From positions 1 to 62,054 of the IMG/VR virus record IMGVR_UViG_3300020430_000015: DNA of 62,054 bases; one strand, written 5' to 3'. Below, piece after piece: positions 38,716 through 49,468 of the stretch. The stretch's first letter is position 1. Each line of letters begins with the position of its first letter. The stretch comes from a virus. Its lineage: Duplodnaviria > Caudoviricetes. The position numbers and the translations under genes were made by a program. The notes beneath the pieces were generated by a model. It was given only the letters and a program-made list of their open reading frames with translations. It had not been told where the DNA came from and searched no databases.

Positions 38716-40901
38716 TGAGTTATAAACTAAACAAAACAGATGGTAGTTTACTTGTTGATCTAGTTGATGGTCAATTAGATACTACTTCCAGTGACTTAAC
38801 ACTTATAGGAAGAAACTATTCAGGTTTTGGTGAAGTTTTAAATGAAAACTTTATTCAACTTTTAGAAAATTTCTCAAACGCAACAGCGCCTATTAATCCT
38901 TTAAGAGGTCAATTATGGTTTGATACAACTGAAAATAGATTAAAAGTATACAACGGTTCGGCTTTTGTTACTTCAGGTGGTACAACGGTATCTAACACAC
39001 AACCAAACATGGTTGCAGGTGATATGTGGATCAATAATGAAACAAGTCAACTGTATTTCTTTGATGGAACAAATTTAAAATTAGTTGGTCCAATTTATTC
39101 TAACGCTCAAGGAACTTCAGGATTTGAAGTTGTAAGTTTATTAGATACACAAAACGTTACGCAACACGTCATTAAAATGTTTGTTGCAGGGAGTTTGGTA
39201 GGTGTTCATTCAAATGCACAATTTACTCCGGTAGCAACTGGCAGAATTACTGAACTTGTAACGGGAAGTAATCCAAATGGTGAAATACAAAAAGGATTCA
39301 ACACTGTAGGCACAGGTTACAAATACATAGGCACGTCTTCTGTATCTGAAGCATTAATTGATGGTAATGGCACAATTAGAAATGCTGATAGTTATCTTGT
39401 ATCTGATGGTGATGATACAACAGTAGGTAAAATTACTATTCAAAAAGATGATGCATTACGTATTGGTTTAAACGGTAACACTGACATAGGTTTTACAAAT
39501 AATGCATTTACAATTTCAAACCAACGAAATGGACAAGATGTAGAAATAAAAGTAAGAAATCCAGCAGAACTATCTGCATTTAAAATTGATGCATCTAACA
39601 GTAGAATTGGAATTTACAAAGCATCTCCTACAAAAACTTTAGACGTAGGCGGAGATGTTAATATTGATGGTAATCTTGTTGTTGCAGGTACAACAACATC
39701 CATAGATGTACAAGATTTAAGAGTAGAAGATAAAAATATAGAACTTGCAATCGACAGCAACGGCAATATAGGTAACGATGCGGCAGTAGATGGTGGCGGT
39801 ATTATATTAAAATCAAACCAAGGTGACAAGTCATTTGTATGGCAAAATGGAACAGGCAGTTGGACAAGTTCTGAATTTATAGATTTAGCGGCAAGTAAAG
39901 GAATTAAAATTAATACAAATACAGTTTTAACAGAAACAGCACTAGGTGCCAGTGTAACTCAAGCACCTGGTTTAACAATACTTGGAACTTTAACACAATT
40001 AGTTGTAGATGATGTAACAGTAGATGGTTCAAGTGTGTTTACTTCGGCAAACAGTTTGCAATTAGGAAGTAATGGTCCAATCACGGTATTGAACAGTAAC
40101 AGAATTACAGGCGTAGGTTCACCAGTTAATGATTCGGATGTTGCAACAAAAGGATACACAGATGGTTCTACAGTAATAGGTCTTGATATGAACGTTACTG
40201 GACTTAACATGGCATCACCTTATAATGATGTTAGAGATGAATTAGAAAAATTATTCCCAGCAGGTGGTTACACATTAGCAAGTCCTAATAGACCAACAAA
40301 TCCTAATTTTGCAAACAGTGTGATACCAGCAAGAGGACAAGGTGCATTGGCTAGAGTAAGAGCAGTAAACTATGGTTCAGGCGGTGGTTTCAGTATTCCA
40401 AGCATACCTTTTGCAGGTTTGAAAAACTTTACACCAGTTGATCAAACAATTACTATACAACAAAGAACAATACAAACAATTACAACTTACAGTCAAGATA
40501 ACAGTTTAGGTACAACAACAAAAATCACTTGTTCTGCATCACACTTTTATGAAGCAGGTCAAGCCGTTGTAGTGTCAGGCACAACATTCAGTGGTGGAAT
40601 TGCAACAATAGATGGAAATTACACGGTACAGGCGGCTGAATTTTCAGCAGAATCACCTAACTTTGTATCATTAACGATAAACTATGACTCACAAGCGTCT
40701 GGATTAAATGGTGCCAATTACAATGCGGCAAGTGGTACTATTGAAAGAACACCTGTTGTAGGAAACGCAAACAAACAGGTAGTAGAAGACTTCTCAGACC
40801 CAACAGGCGTTACTGGACAGGTTACTTTTGCACCAACAGTAACAATATTACAGTTTGGAGTAAACAATGGAGTATGGGAGTTTGACAGAACAATACCGTA
40901 A
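38715..40901 (+). CDS. Tail fibre/baseplate-attached protein, paralog 2
   Basis: Shares N-terminal GRNY.G.GE..NENF..LLENF....P..P..GQLWFD domain with its neighbours. Confidence 0.7.
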   Translation: MSYKLNKTDGSLLVDLVDGQLDTTSSDLTLIGRNYSGFGEVLNENFIQLLENFSNATAPINPLRGQLWFDTTENRLKVYNGSAFVTSGGTTVSNTQPNMVAGDMWINNETSQLYFFDGTNLKLVGPIYSNAQGTSGFEVVSLLDTQNVTQHVIKMFVAGSLVGVHSNAQFTPVATGRITELVTGSNPNGEIQKGFNTVGTGYKYIGTSSVSEALIDGNGTIRNADSYLVSDGDDTTVGKITIQKDDALRIGLNGNTDIGFTNNAFTISNQRNGQDVEIKVRNPAELSAFKIDASNSRIGIYKASPTKTLDVGGDVNIDGNLVVAGTTTSIDVQDLRVEDKNIELAIDSNGNIGNDAAVDGGGIILKSNQGDKSFVWQNGTGSWTSSEFIDLAASKGIKINTNTVLTETALGASVTQAPGLTILGTLTQLVVDDVTVDGSSVFTSANSLQLGSNGPITVLNSNRITGVGSPVNDSDVATKGYTDGSTVIGLDMNVTGLNMASPYNDVRDELEKLFPAGGYTLASPNRPTNPNFANSVIPARGQGALARVRAVNYGSGGGFSIPSIPFAGLKNFTPVDQTITIQQRTIQTITTYSQDNSLGTTTKITCSASHFYEAGQAVVVSGTTFSGGIATIDGNYTVQAAEFSAESPNFVSLTINYDSQASGLNGANYNAASGTIERTPVVGNANKQVVEDFSDPTGVTGQVTFAPTVTILQFGVNNGVWEFDRTIP

Positions 40902-40931
40902 AGACGATAAATATTACGAAACAAGGGTACT

Positions 40932-42401
40932 ATGGCATATATTGTAAACAAATTTGACGGAACTTTAATAGCAACTGTGCAAGATGGCACAGTGGATCAA
41001 ACAACTAATCTAAGATTCATAGGTAAAAACTATGCTGGATATGGTGAAATACAGAACGAAAACTTCTTACATCTATTAGAAAACTTTGCAAGTGGTAGTC
41101 AACCAAGCAAACCAATTAGTGGTCAGATATGGTTTGACACATCAAACAGCAAACTCAAGTTCTATGATGGTACAAAATTCAGAACAACTGGCGGTGCAGA
41201 AGTAAGTACAACTGCTCCGGGTGGTTTAACAACGGGTGACTTTTGGTGGGACTCAGCAAACAGTCAATTATATGCTTGGGACGGCACAAGTTTTGTTCTT
41301 GTTGGTCCACAAGGTACAGGTTCATCTGTTACACAATTTACAACAAGACAAATTAAAGATTCTTTAGGTGCTAATCAATTAATAATTGAAGGTAAAGTAA
41401 ACAACACAACAGTTGTAATTTTCAGTGGCACAGAGTTTACAATTGGAACGTCTGATCCAAGTAACACAATAACAGGTTTTGATGTTGTTAAAAAAGGTTT
41501 AACTTTAGTAAACACTCAAGCCGCAACAAGTGGTATTACAACTACTGACCACAGATATTGGGGAACAGCATCTAACTCAGATAGATTAGGCGGATTCCTT
41601 GCTTCAGATTATATTAGATCAGGATCAAGTGCTTTTGCAAGTGTAGTAAGATTTGGTGATGCAGGTTTTACAGTTGGTGATTCAAATGATTTAAAAGTTT
41701 CAATTGAAAATGGTAATGAAGGTGCTATTGCAAATGAAATAGGAACAAAAATTACTCTTAAAGTAAATGCAAATAATGTAGTAACAAGTATTGCCGAAGT
41801 AAATGAAGATGGAATTATGCCAGGCACTGGTGTTAAGAATATTGGTGCAACAAATGATAAATGGTATGAAGTTCATGCACAATTCTTAAAAGGATTGGCG
41901 GACAACGCATCAGGTATCTTATTTGGTGGTCAAACTTATTTAGGTGCAACAACAGCCGTTAATAATACGGTGGCATTAAGAGATGGGTCAGGCAAAATTA
42001 CAGCAAATATTTTTGACGGTGTGGCAACATCAGCCAACTATGCTGACTTGGCTGAAATATATTCTACAGATAAAACTTACGAAACTGGCACAATTATGGC
42101 AATTGGCGGTGAGGCAGAAACTACTGAATACGATAGAACCAAAAATTTATTTGGTGTAATATCTGAAAAACCAGGATTTTTGATGAATAAAGATGCTGAT
42201 GGACAGGCTATTGCTTTTGTTGGACGTGTACCAGTCAAAGTAAAAGGCCCTGTTCAAAAAGGAGAAAAAGTTTTTGCTGATGATGGTGGTGTTGCAACTA
42301 CTACCAAAAAAGGAGAATTGGTAGGCTTCGCCTTACAAACTGATCTGAATGAATCCACAAAACTTATTGAGGTAGCACTTAGATTAATAAATAATTCGTA
42401 G
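40932..42401 (+). CDS. Tail fibre paralog 3 with C-terminal intramolecular-chaperone-like domain
   Basis: Same N-terminal domain; C-terminal YADLAEIY...GVISEKPGFLMN...GRVPVKVKG.V.KG motif. Confidence 0.7.
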   Translation: MAYIVNKFDGTLIATVQDGTVDQTTNLRFIGKNYAGYGEIQNENFLHLLENFASGSQPSKPISGQIWFDTSNSKLKFYDGTKFRTTGGAEVSTTAPGGLTTGDFWWDSANSQLYAWDGTSFVLVGPQGTGSSVTQFTTRQIKDSLGANQLIIEGKVNNTTVVIFSGTEFTIGTSDPSNTITGFDVVKKGLTLVNTQAATSGITTTDHRYWGTASNSDRLGGFLASDYIRSGSSAFASVVRFGDAGFTVGDSNDLKVSIENGNEGAIANEIGTKITLKVNANNVVTSIAEVNEDGIMPGTGVKNIGATNDKWYEVHAQFLKGLADNASGILFGGQTYLGATTAVNNTVALRDGSGKITANIFDGVATSANYADLAEIYSTDKTYETGTIMAIGGEAETTEYDRTKNLFGVISEKPGFLMNKDADGQAIAFVGRVPVKVKGPVQKGEKVFADDGGVATTTKKGELVGFALQTDLNESTKLIEVALRLINNS

Positions 42402-42413
42402 GAATAGAATTCA

Positions 42414-43292
42414 ATGGCTTTAATAACAGCAAATAGATTTAACACATTAAGACAATCTGTAGATAATGTGCTAGGAAATGGTGCAGGTGATACAGGTTAT
42501 GGACAAGCATTAACAAGTGCAACTATCAATGTTGGTGATATTATAAATGCAAGTCATATTAATGCTGTGTATGAAGATTTAAGGAAATGTTACAAACACC
42601 AAAATGGTGGTGACCCAGCAAGTACATTAATTCAAGCAGTAACACAAGGTGATCTAGTTAAAGATACAGACGGTGTAAATTATACTGGTTGGGATCAATA
42701 TGAAGCACTGGCTACTAATGTTTCCACAAACAGATTGACTGTGGCAGGTACGCAACAGACTATTACAACTGCAATGACAAGATCCAGAGGTAGTTGGAAT
42801 GGCACTATCGTACAAGTATCTGACGTTGCTTTCGCTAGTGATGATGCAAGAAGACACTTTTTTAACCAAGGTGGCTTTATCAGAATTTTAGCAAGTACGT
42901 CAGACGGAAGTTCATTAGGCAACAGTTGGCAAAATATGTTCAATACCAATGCTGGTAATGTAGACTTAAAAGCACATGGCACAACAAGATCAGGCAGTGG
43001 AGGAACAGTTTCTAATGCATTAGGAAATTATGAACTGTCTGGAGCATATCAGTACATATATCAAAACTTTGATGCTGGTGGAGGTGCTTACAGTGCCAAT
43101 GACTATTACATTGAGGCGTATGCGGCAAGTGGTAGTTTAATCAAAATCAGACAAACATGGAGAGACCAAAAAGGTGGCAATCCAGATGAAAATATCTCCA
43201 ATTTAACAGCGACTATTCAATGTGCAACAGCAATTACCGATGTAATTGGTACTGCACCAGGTGTTACTAGTGGTTCTGGTACTACTTTATAA
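42414..43292 (+). CDS. Virion structural protein (Gly/Thr-rich)
   Basis: TAAATA at 42388-42393 upstream; last gene of the structural operon. Confidence 0.55.
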   Translation: MALITANRFNTLRQSVDNVLGNGAGDTGYGQALTSATINVGDIINASHINAVYEDLRKCYKHQNGGDPASTLIQAVTQGDLVKDTDGVNYTGWDQYEALATNVSTNRLTVAGTQQTITTAMTRSRGSWNGTIVQVSDVAFASDDARRHFFNQGGFIRILASTSDGSSLGNSWQNMFNTNAGNVDLKAHGTTRSGSGGTVSNALGNYELSGAYQYIYQNFDAGGGAYSANDYYIEAYAASGSLIKIRQTWRDQKGGNPDENISNLTATIQCATAITDVIGTAPGVTSGSGTTL

Positions 43293-43301
43293 TTCATTTC
43301 A

Positions 43302-43330
43302 TTGACTAAAATCCAAATTTACGCTATAAT
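43302..43330 (+). promoter_or_regulatory. sigma70-type promoter heading the tailoring operon
   Basis: TTGACT (43302-43307)-N17-TATAAT (43325-43330). Confidence 0.7.
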
Positions 43331-43344
43331 GACAGTACAAAATT

Positions 43345-43677
43345 ATGAATCAATCGTTCGAAAAATCAATGGCTTATGCCAATCGTATGAAAGTGTTCAA
43401 CAATCAACTTAGATTGTTAAAAGAAAAGTATCTAGAAAAGAACACCCACTACACTCAAGGACATCAATTTACAATAGATTTACATCTCATTAATCATTGT
43501 ATTGCACTGAAAAATTTAAACAAACAAAACACAGTGTTGTTAGATGACTATCAAATACCTGTGCAAATAGAAAACATAGATATTTTTTATGATGACATAA
43601 TGGACGTTTACCAACGTAATCTAAATTCTTATCTTGTTGAATACAACGAGTTGGTAAAGGAAAAAGGTGAAATTTAA
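43345..43677 (+). CDS. Hypothetical protein
   Basis: 110-aa ORF, first gene after the sigma70 promoter. Confidence 0.6.
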   Translation: MNQSFEKSMAYANRMKVFNNQLRLLKEKYLEKNTHYTQGHQFTIDLHLINHCIALKNLNKQNTVLLDDYQIPVQIENIDIFYDDIMDVYQRNLNSYLVEYNELVKEKGEI

Positions 43678-43679
43678 AA

Positions 43680-44483
43680 ATGTCAAAAGGAATTGTTTTA
43701 TTTGCCCATAATAATGATGCCATTGATTATGTGGCTCAGGCAGAATTCTGTGCTAAAAGAATTAAAAAACATCTAAAATTACCTGTAACCTTAATCACAT
43801 CTGAAACAGATATTAACAAAGATGTATTTGATAATATCATTAAAATAGATAATCCTAATACAAATCAAACTAGAAATATGCATGACGGAGACATTCGGAA
43901 AAATGTTTTATGGAGTAATCACACAAGGTCCACAGTATTTGATTTGTCTCCCTATGAGGAAACAATAGTAATGGATACAGATTATATGGTTGAAAACGAC
44001 ACACTACTCAAGGCATTTGAAACAAAAGAAGATTTCCTGATCAATTATGACGCACAACACATAGACTTTGAATCAACTATGACTAATGAAATGAAATATA
44101 TTAGTGATACTGGAATTAAAATGTGCTGGGCAACAGTTTTTTATTTTAAAAAAGTAGAACGTGTACGCAATCTATTTGTGTTAATTGATCACATTAAGCA
44201 ACACTGGAGTTTTTATAGATTTAGATATCAATTGAAAGAACTAACATTTAGAAATGATTATGCTTTCAGTATAGCAATCCATATTATGAACGGATTTACA
44301 AACAGTGATTGGCCCAATAGATTGCCTTGCAAACTATTTTATATTACTGATAGGGATAAGATTGTATCATACACAGACAATACATGGACTTTTAAATTGC
44401 AAAGTGGACTTAAATGTTCTATAAAAGATATAAACATCCATGTTATGAACAAATTAGGATTGGAAAAATTTATAAATGAGTAG
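43680..44483 (+). CDS. GT-A fold glycosyltransferase-like protein
   Basis: KGIVLFA, LSPYEETIVMDTD (DxD), WATVFYF and RND motifs. Confidence 0.65.
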   Translation: MSKGIVLFAHNNDAIDYVAQAEFCAKRIKKHLKLPVTLITSETDINKDVFDNIIKIDNPNTNQTRNMHDGDIRKNVLWSNHTRSTVFDLSPYEETIVMDTDYMVENDTLLKAFETKEDFLINYDAQHIDFESTMTNEMKYISDTGIKMCWATVFYFKKVERVRNLFVLIDHIKQHWSFYRFRYQLKELTFRNDYAFSIAIHIMNGFTNSDWPNRLPCKLFYITDRDKIVSYTDNTWTFKLQSGLKCSIKDINIHVMNKLGLEKFINE

Positions 44484-45297
44484 AGGCTTTTTAGTTTTTG
44501 TGCAAGATAATGGCGATGTAGATTATTTAAAACTTGCCACTGCGTGTGCTATGAGTATAAAAAAATTTATGCCACAAGAACAAGTGTGTCTTGTTACTGA
44601 TATCTTTGTGCCCGATAATTTTAAAAAATATTTTGATATTGTTAAAGATATCCCTGGAGAAGATTTAGCCAAGAACTCCAAATGGAAAGTGCAAAACAGA
44701 TGTAAAATATATGATGCATCACCATTTGACGAAACTATTGTGTTAGATGCTGATATGTTGGTGTTGGAAGATATCACTCATTGGTGGAAAGCATTATCTA
44801 ATTACGAACTTTACTATACAGACAAAGTAAAAACATTTAGAAATGAAATAGTGCAGGACAATTTTTATAGGAAAGTATTCGAAGCAAATGATTTGCCAAA
44901 TGTGTATTGTGGTATGTACTACTTTAAACGCACTGAAAACAATCATAAATTTTTCAATTTATTGAAAGACATTGTCGAAAATTATAATTGGTACAGTGAA
45001 AAATACACTGCTCAACACACACAAAGTTGGTGTAGTATGGATGTGAGCACTGCTATTGCAATAAAAATCAAAGATATTTCTCATCAGGTATTTTCTAAAA
45101 AGAATTTTTTAACATTTACTCATATGAAACCAAACATACAAAACTGGTTAGCACAAAAAGATAGTTGGTTAGAAGTGATTGATTATAACTTAAACAATTC
45201 AAACGAACTTATGGTAGGTAATTTTTTACAAAAAGGAATCTTCCACTATGTTGAAAAAAGTTTTATAACAGATAAAATGATGGAGCAACTGCAATGA
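44476..45297 (+). CDS. GT-A (GT8-like) glycosyltransferase, paralog of the upstream gene
   Basis: RGFLVF, ASPFDETIVLDADML (DxD), FTHMK and FHYVEK motifs. Confidence 0.7.
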   Translation: MSRGFLVFVQDNGDVDYLKLATACAMSIKKFMPQEQVCLVTDIFVPDNFKKYFDIVKDIPGEDLAKNSKWKVQNRCKIYDASPFDETIVLDADMLVLEDITHWWKALSNYELYYTDKVKTFRNEIVQDNFYRKVFEANDLPNVYCGMYYFKRTENNHKFFNLLKDIVENYNWYSEKYTAQHTQSWCSMDVSTAIAIKIKDISHQVFSKKNFLTFTHMKPNIQNWLAQKDSWLEVIDYNLNNSNELMVGNFLQKGIFHYVEKSFITDKMMEQLQ

Positions 45298-45875
45298 GAC
45301 CACCGTTGACATTTGGCAATTACAAACCTGAAATGAAATACTACTTTAGATTTGATCCAGATAATGGTGAAGTTTTAGAATTTAGTATTGAAAAGAAAGG
45401 TAACTGTGTTGAAATATCAAAAGAACTTGCAGATAAGTTGTATGCAGGACAAACAAATTTCATTTTTTATAAGGTCATTTTGGGCAAAGATGGATATAAA
45501 GCAGTGCCTAAGAATGCCGTTGAAAACAAAACACACACTGAAATTCAACAAAAGGATATTGTGAATACTAATTTATATGAAATAAAATCCAACAAAAAAG
45601 ACTCTTGTATCAGATTCAAATTAGATATGTCTAAAAAGGAATGGTGTATATCAATAGATGAAAAATTAAAAAAATCATTACAAGATAATGTTGATCCTAA
45701 TAACGAGTATGAATTTTTTACAACCAACAGCAACAACACATCAGTTCCAGCATACAGTTTCAAAATTAAATTACAAAATTTATTTGAAAATAATGTAACA
45801 ATACCTCATCCTGTTGATTATGTTCCAAAAATATTTTGTAGAAAAGTTTTTAATTATGCATTGGAGATAAAATAA
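45294..45875 (+). CDS. Hypothetical protein
   Basis: 193-aa ORF translationally coupled within the operon. Confidence 0.6.
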   Translation: MRPPLTFGNYKPEMKYYFRFDPDNGEVLEFSIEKKGNCVEISKELADKLYAGQTNFIFYKVILGKDGYKAVPKNAVENKTHTEIQQKDIVNTNLYEIKSNKKDSCIRFKLDMSKKEWCISIDEKLKKSLQDNVDPNNEYEFFTTNSNNTSVPAYSFKIKLQNLFENNVTIPHPVDYVPKIFCRKVFNYALEIK

Positions 45876-46789
45876 TGGTTTTAAAAATTGCAGACATAGA
45901 CTTTGTATTTTTAAGTTTCGATGAGCCAAATGCAGATAAAAATTTTGCAGACTTAAAAAAGAAAGTGCCATGGGCGAAACGTGTGCATGGCGTTGCCGGA
46001 TTTGATTCTGCACATAAAAAAGCAGGTGAAATATCAGACACAAATCGATTTATCACAGTAGATGCTGACACACAGATTGATGAAGAATTTTTATCAATGA
46101 TTGTTGACTATAACAGTTTAGGTATAGATGACACATACACATTAAGTTGGTGTGGAAAGATTGATCTCAACGGATTGCAGTATGGTAATGGCAGTTTAAA
46201 ATGTTGGACAAAAGATTTTGTAAAAGCAATGAAAACACATGAAAACCATGACGGTAAAAATAAAAATGTAATAGAATTTTGTCATAATCCAAAATATTTT
46301 CAATTTAATGAAAATTTTTCAACTAGTTATGTGAATGGTTCGAAATATCAGGCATGGAGGGCTGGTTTCAGAGAAGGAGTAAAAATGAGTTTAGATAAGA
46401 ATGCTCCACTTAAAAATTTAAAAGATGCTTGGTGGCAAAATTATCAAAGGTTACTTGTATGGATGTCTGTAGGGCAAGATTCTGAATATGGATTATATGC
46501 AATTCATGGTGCTAGATTAGGTTGTTATCTTACAAGTTGTACTGATTGGGACTTTACAAAAGCAAACAATTACAGTTTTTTTAAACATTATTGGCAATAT
46601 GATATACATGACGGAGGTAATATTAAACCAGATTATTACAAAGATATAATTGACATGGGACAAAAAATAATTGATCAACATGACATACCGTTGAGTGCCG
46701 AGCCGTTCAGTGTTGAACAAAGTAGAACATTTAAAGAAGTTTATTTGAATACCCCACGCATTTGGAAAAGGAGATTCAAAAGTGTTTGA
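45875..46789 (+). CDS. Glycosyltransferase-like protein (GT-A, DxD)
   Basis: FLSFDEPNA, RVHGV.G...AH, TVDAD, YGNG.LK and AWRAGFREGVK motifs. Confidence 0.6.
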   Translation: MVLKIADIDFVFLSFDEPNADKNFADLKKKVPWAKRVHGVAGFDSAHKKAGEISDTNRFITVDADTQIDEEFLSMIVDYNSLGIDDTYTLSWCGKIDLNGLQYGNGSLKCWTKDFVKAMKTHENHDGKNKNVIEFCHNPKYFQFNENFSTSYVNGSKYQAWRAGFREGVKMSLDKNAPLKNLKDAWWQNYQRLLVWMSVGQDSEYGLYAIHGARLGCYLTSCTDWDFTKANNYSFFKHYWQYDIHDGGNIKPDYYKDIIDMGQKIIDQHDIPLSAEPFSVEQSRTFKEVYLNTPRIWKRRFKSV

Positions 46790-47447
46790 CATAATTTTTA
46801 TATCATATCAAGAACCTAATGCTGATAAAAATTTTAAGCATTTATTAAGTAGATTTCCTATAGCACAAAGAGTGCATGGCATAAAAGGAATACATCAAGC
46901 ACACATTGAAGCGGCTAAAAAAGCATTAACAAAAATGTTTTGGGTCGTTGATGGAGATGCGATTGTGGAAGAGGATTTCAATTTTGATTATGAAGTGCCT
47001 AAAAAAGACATGAACGCAGTACACGTGTGGAGAAGTCGCAATCCAGTTAATAATCTGGTATATGGATATGGCGGTGTCAAACTTTTACCCAGGGATTTGA
47101 CGTTAAATATGAGTATAGGAACTACTGACATGACTACAAGTATAAGTGATAGATTTAGACCAATGGAACAAGTATCAAATGTTTCTGCATTCAACACTAG
47201 TCCTTTTAACACTTGGAAAAGTGCTTTTAGAGAGTGTGTAAAACTATCTAGCAAGGTCATTGACAGACAAGAAGACTCTGAGACAGAAGCAAGACTAGAT
47301 GCTTGGTGTAAGTCAGATGATCCAATTGCAGTTGATGGAGCCATTGCTGGCAGGAAATATGGAACTGAAAATAAAGATAATAAAGAAGCAATATCTAAAA
47401 TAAATGATTTTGCATGGATAGAACAAATTTATAAAAATGGAAAATAA
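46782..47447 (+). CDS. Glycosyltransferase-like protein, paralog of 45875
   Basis: FISYQEPNA, RVHGIKGIHQAH, VVDGD, YGYGGVK and WKSAFRECVK motifs. Confidence 0.6.
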   Translation: MFDIIFISYQEPNADKNFKHLLSRFPIAQRVHGIKGIHQAHIEAAKKALTKMFWVVDGDAIVEEDFNFDYEVPKKDMNAVHVWRSRNPVNNLVYGYGGVKLLPRDLTLNMSIGTTDMTTSISDRFRPMEQVSNVSAFNTSPFNTWKSAFRECVKLSSKVIDRQEDSETEARLDAWCKSDDPIAVDGAIAGRKYGTENKDNKEAISKINDFAWIEQIYKNGK

Positions 47448-48489
47448 TTTTAACATACCTTTTAAAAACATAGTTCAATTTGGACAACAAACAATGTTGG
47501 ATTCAAAACTATTTTCAGTAAGTTGGATCTTAAGTAGATTTTGTAATTATGATTGTTCATATTGTTGGCCTTATGCACACAGCAAAAAACCTGATCATCG
47601 ACCATTAGAACAATATAAAAATACAATAGACGAGATAAAAAGACAAGCAAGGAAAAATGGATTTTCTGATTTCCATTTCAGTTTCAGTGGTGGAGAACCT
47701 ACTGCATATAAAAAATTTTTAGAATTAATTCAATATTATAGCGGTGATAACGAAGCAGAATATCAAAGTATTCATATGACAACTAATCTAAGTCCTGGTA
47801 TAAAATGGTGGTCACGTTGGATAGATGCAACAAGGAAATTATCTCGTAGATCAATCACAGCAAGTTTCCATCATGAATTTGCAAACGAACAAGAGTTCGG
47901 CGACAAGATACTGATGTTGACTGATCATGATGTTTTTGTAACAATCAATCAAGTGATGGTGCCAGATCTTTTTGATGAATTGTATGCAAGATGTAAAAGA
48001 TTTTGGGATAGAGGTATCAATGTCACACTGAAACCTATGAGTGATCCTTCAGCAAGTTTTATTGTAGATGGTTACACTGACAAACAAAAAGAATTATTGC
48101 AACAAGGCTTTCCTCAACAGTTTCCTAACAAACAGTATAATAATTATGACAGTTTTGAATCCAACTGGGCAGACGGAATAGATAATAAAATATATCAATT
48201 AAAATTAATAGACAAGGAGAAAAAAGAATATTTCCTTGATCAGGCAGAAAGATTAAATGCTTTCGGATTTAACAAATTTAAAGGTTGGAAATGCAATGCT
48301 GGTTTTCAAAGTTGTATTGTCAGAGAACCTGGAGGAGAAGTAAAAAGAAGTTATAGTTGTCACGACCAACCATTGGGCACTATTGAAGATGGTTTTGATT
48401 TGTTTAATATGCCTATGCCATGTCTTACTCCTAGTTGTGTCAGTAGTGCTGATAGTAAAATACCAAAAAGGAAAATGGCAAATGTATAA
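47437..48489 (+). CDS. Radical SAM enzyme with C-terminal Cys-rich (twitch-like) domain
   Basis: CNYDCSYC, SGGEPT, TTN and WKCNAG...C...C...C motifs. Confidence 0.9.
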   Translation: MENNFNIPFKNIVQFGQQTMLDSKLFSVSWILSRFCNYDCSYCWPYAHSKKPDHRPLEQYKNTIDEIKRQARKNGFSDFHFSFSGGEPTAYKKFLELIQYYSGDNEAEYQSIHMTTNLSPGIKWWSRWIDATRKLSRRSITASFHHEFANEQEFGDKILMLTDHDVFVTINQVMVPDLFDELYARCKRFWDRGINVTLKPMSDPSASFIVDGYTDKQKELLQQGFPQQFPNKQYNNYDSFESNWADGIDNKIYQLKLIDKEKKEYFLDQAERLNAFGFNKFKGWKCNAGFQSCIVREPGGEVKRSYSCHDQPLGTIEDGFDLFNMPMPCLTPSCVSSADSKIPKRKMANV

Positions 48490-49468
48490 TTTTACAGATA
48501 TTAGAGATGTGCATCTAGAAATTACTAGCAAGTGCCAGGCGAAATGCCCTATGTGTCCAAGAAGAATAAATGGTGGACCTATGAATCCATTTATAAAATT
48601 AGATGATATTACAATAGATAGATTCAAAGAATGGTTCCCAAGACATTTTATACAACAATTGAATAGTATGTTTATGTGCGGAAATTTAGGTGATCCGATT
48701 ATAAGCAAGGATACTTTAAAAATATTTGAATATTTAAGATTAGTTAATCCACGTATGAAACTAGCAATGCACACAAATGGTAGTGCAAGAGATCAAAGTT
48801 GGTGGAAACAATTGGCACAACATAGAGTAGTTGTTACTTTTGGTATTGATGGATTAGAAGATACAAATCATCTTTATCGTATATCCACAAACTTTAAAAA
48901 GATAATCGAAAACGCCAAAGCATTTATAGGCGCCGGAGGATATGCTAAATGGCATATGTTGGTTTTCGAACATAACGAACATCAAATAGAAGAAGCAAAA
49001 CAGATGTCAATAGATTTAGGTTTTAAAATGTTTACCACGAAAAACACAACTAGATTCAAAGATGATTATTTTCAGGTAATAGATGAAAAAGGACAACCTT
49101 TGCACAAATTAAGACCGTCAGAAAAAAGTAAGGCTATGAAGCCTATGATGGAGGAGGCAAGTAAACAAGTTAAAACAAATATTGTGTGTAAAGCAGTCAA
49201 GTATAAACAGATTTATGTAAGTGCTTGTGGAAACGTATCACCTTGTTGTTGGCTCGATATGGAATGGCTACCGCCAATGCAAGAATCGAGAATAGATTAT
49301 ATGAAAAAAATAAAAAGATTTCCAAATCTATACAAAGAATCCTTACAAGAAATATTCGAAAGTAACTTTTTTAGTGATATAGAAGATACTTGGGAGATTA
49401 CTCCTTTGCAAGAATGCAGTAAACAGTGTGGAGCATTTGATAAGTTAGGAGCACAATTTGAAAATTAA
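48482..49468 (+). CDS. Radical SAM/SPASM-like enzyme
   Basis: CQAKCPMC, CGNLGDP, HTNG, GIDG and C-terminal PCC...CSKQC. Start moved to ATG 48482. Confidence 0.9.
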   Translation: MYNFTDIRDVHLEITSKCQAKCPMCPRRINGGPMNPFIKLDDITIDRFKEWFPRHFIQQLNSMFMCGNLGDPIISKDTLKIFEYLRLVNPRMKLAMHTNGSARDQSWWKQLAQHRVVVTFGIDGLEDTNHLYRISTNFKKIIENAKAFIGAGGYAKWHMLVFEHNEHQIEEAKQMSIDLGFKMFTTKNTTRFKDDYFQVIDEKGQPLHKLRPSEKSKAMKPMMEEASKQVKTNIVCKAVKYKQIYVSACGNVSPCCWLDMEWLPPMQESRIDYMKKIKRFPNLYKESLQEIFESNFFSDIEDTWEITPLQECSKQCGAFDKLGAQFEN

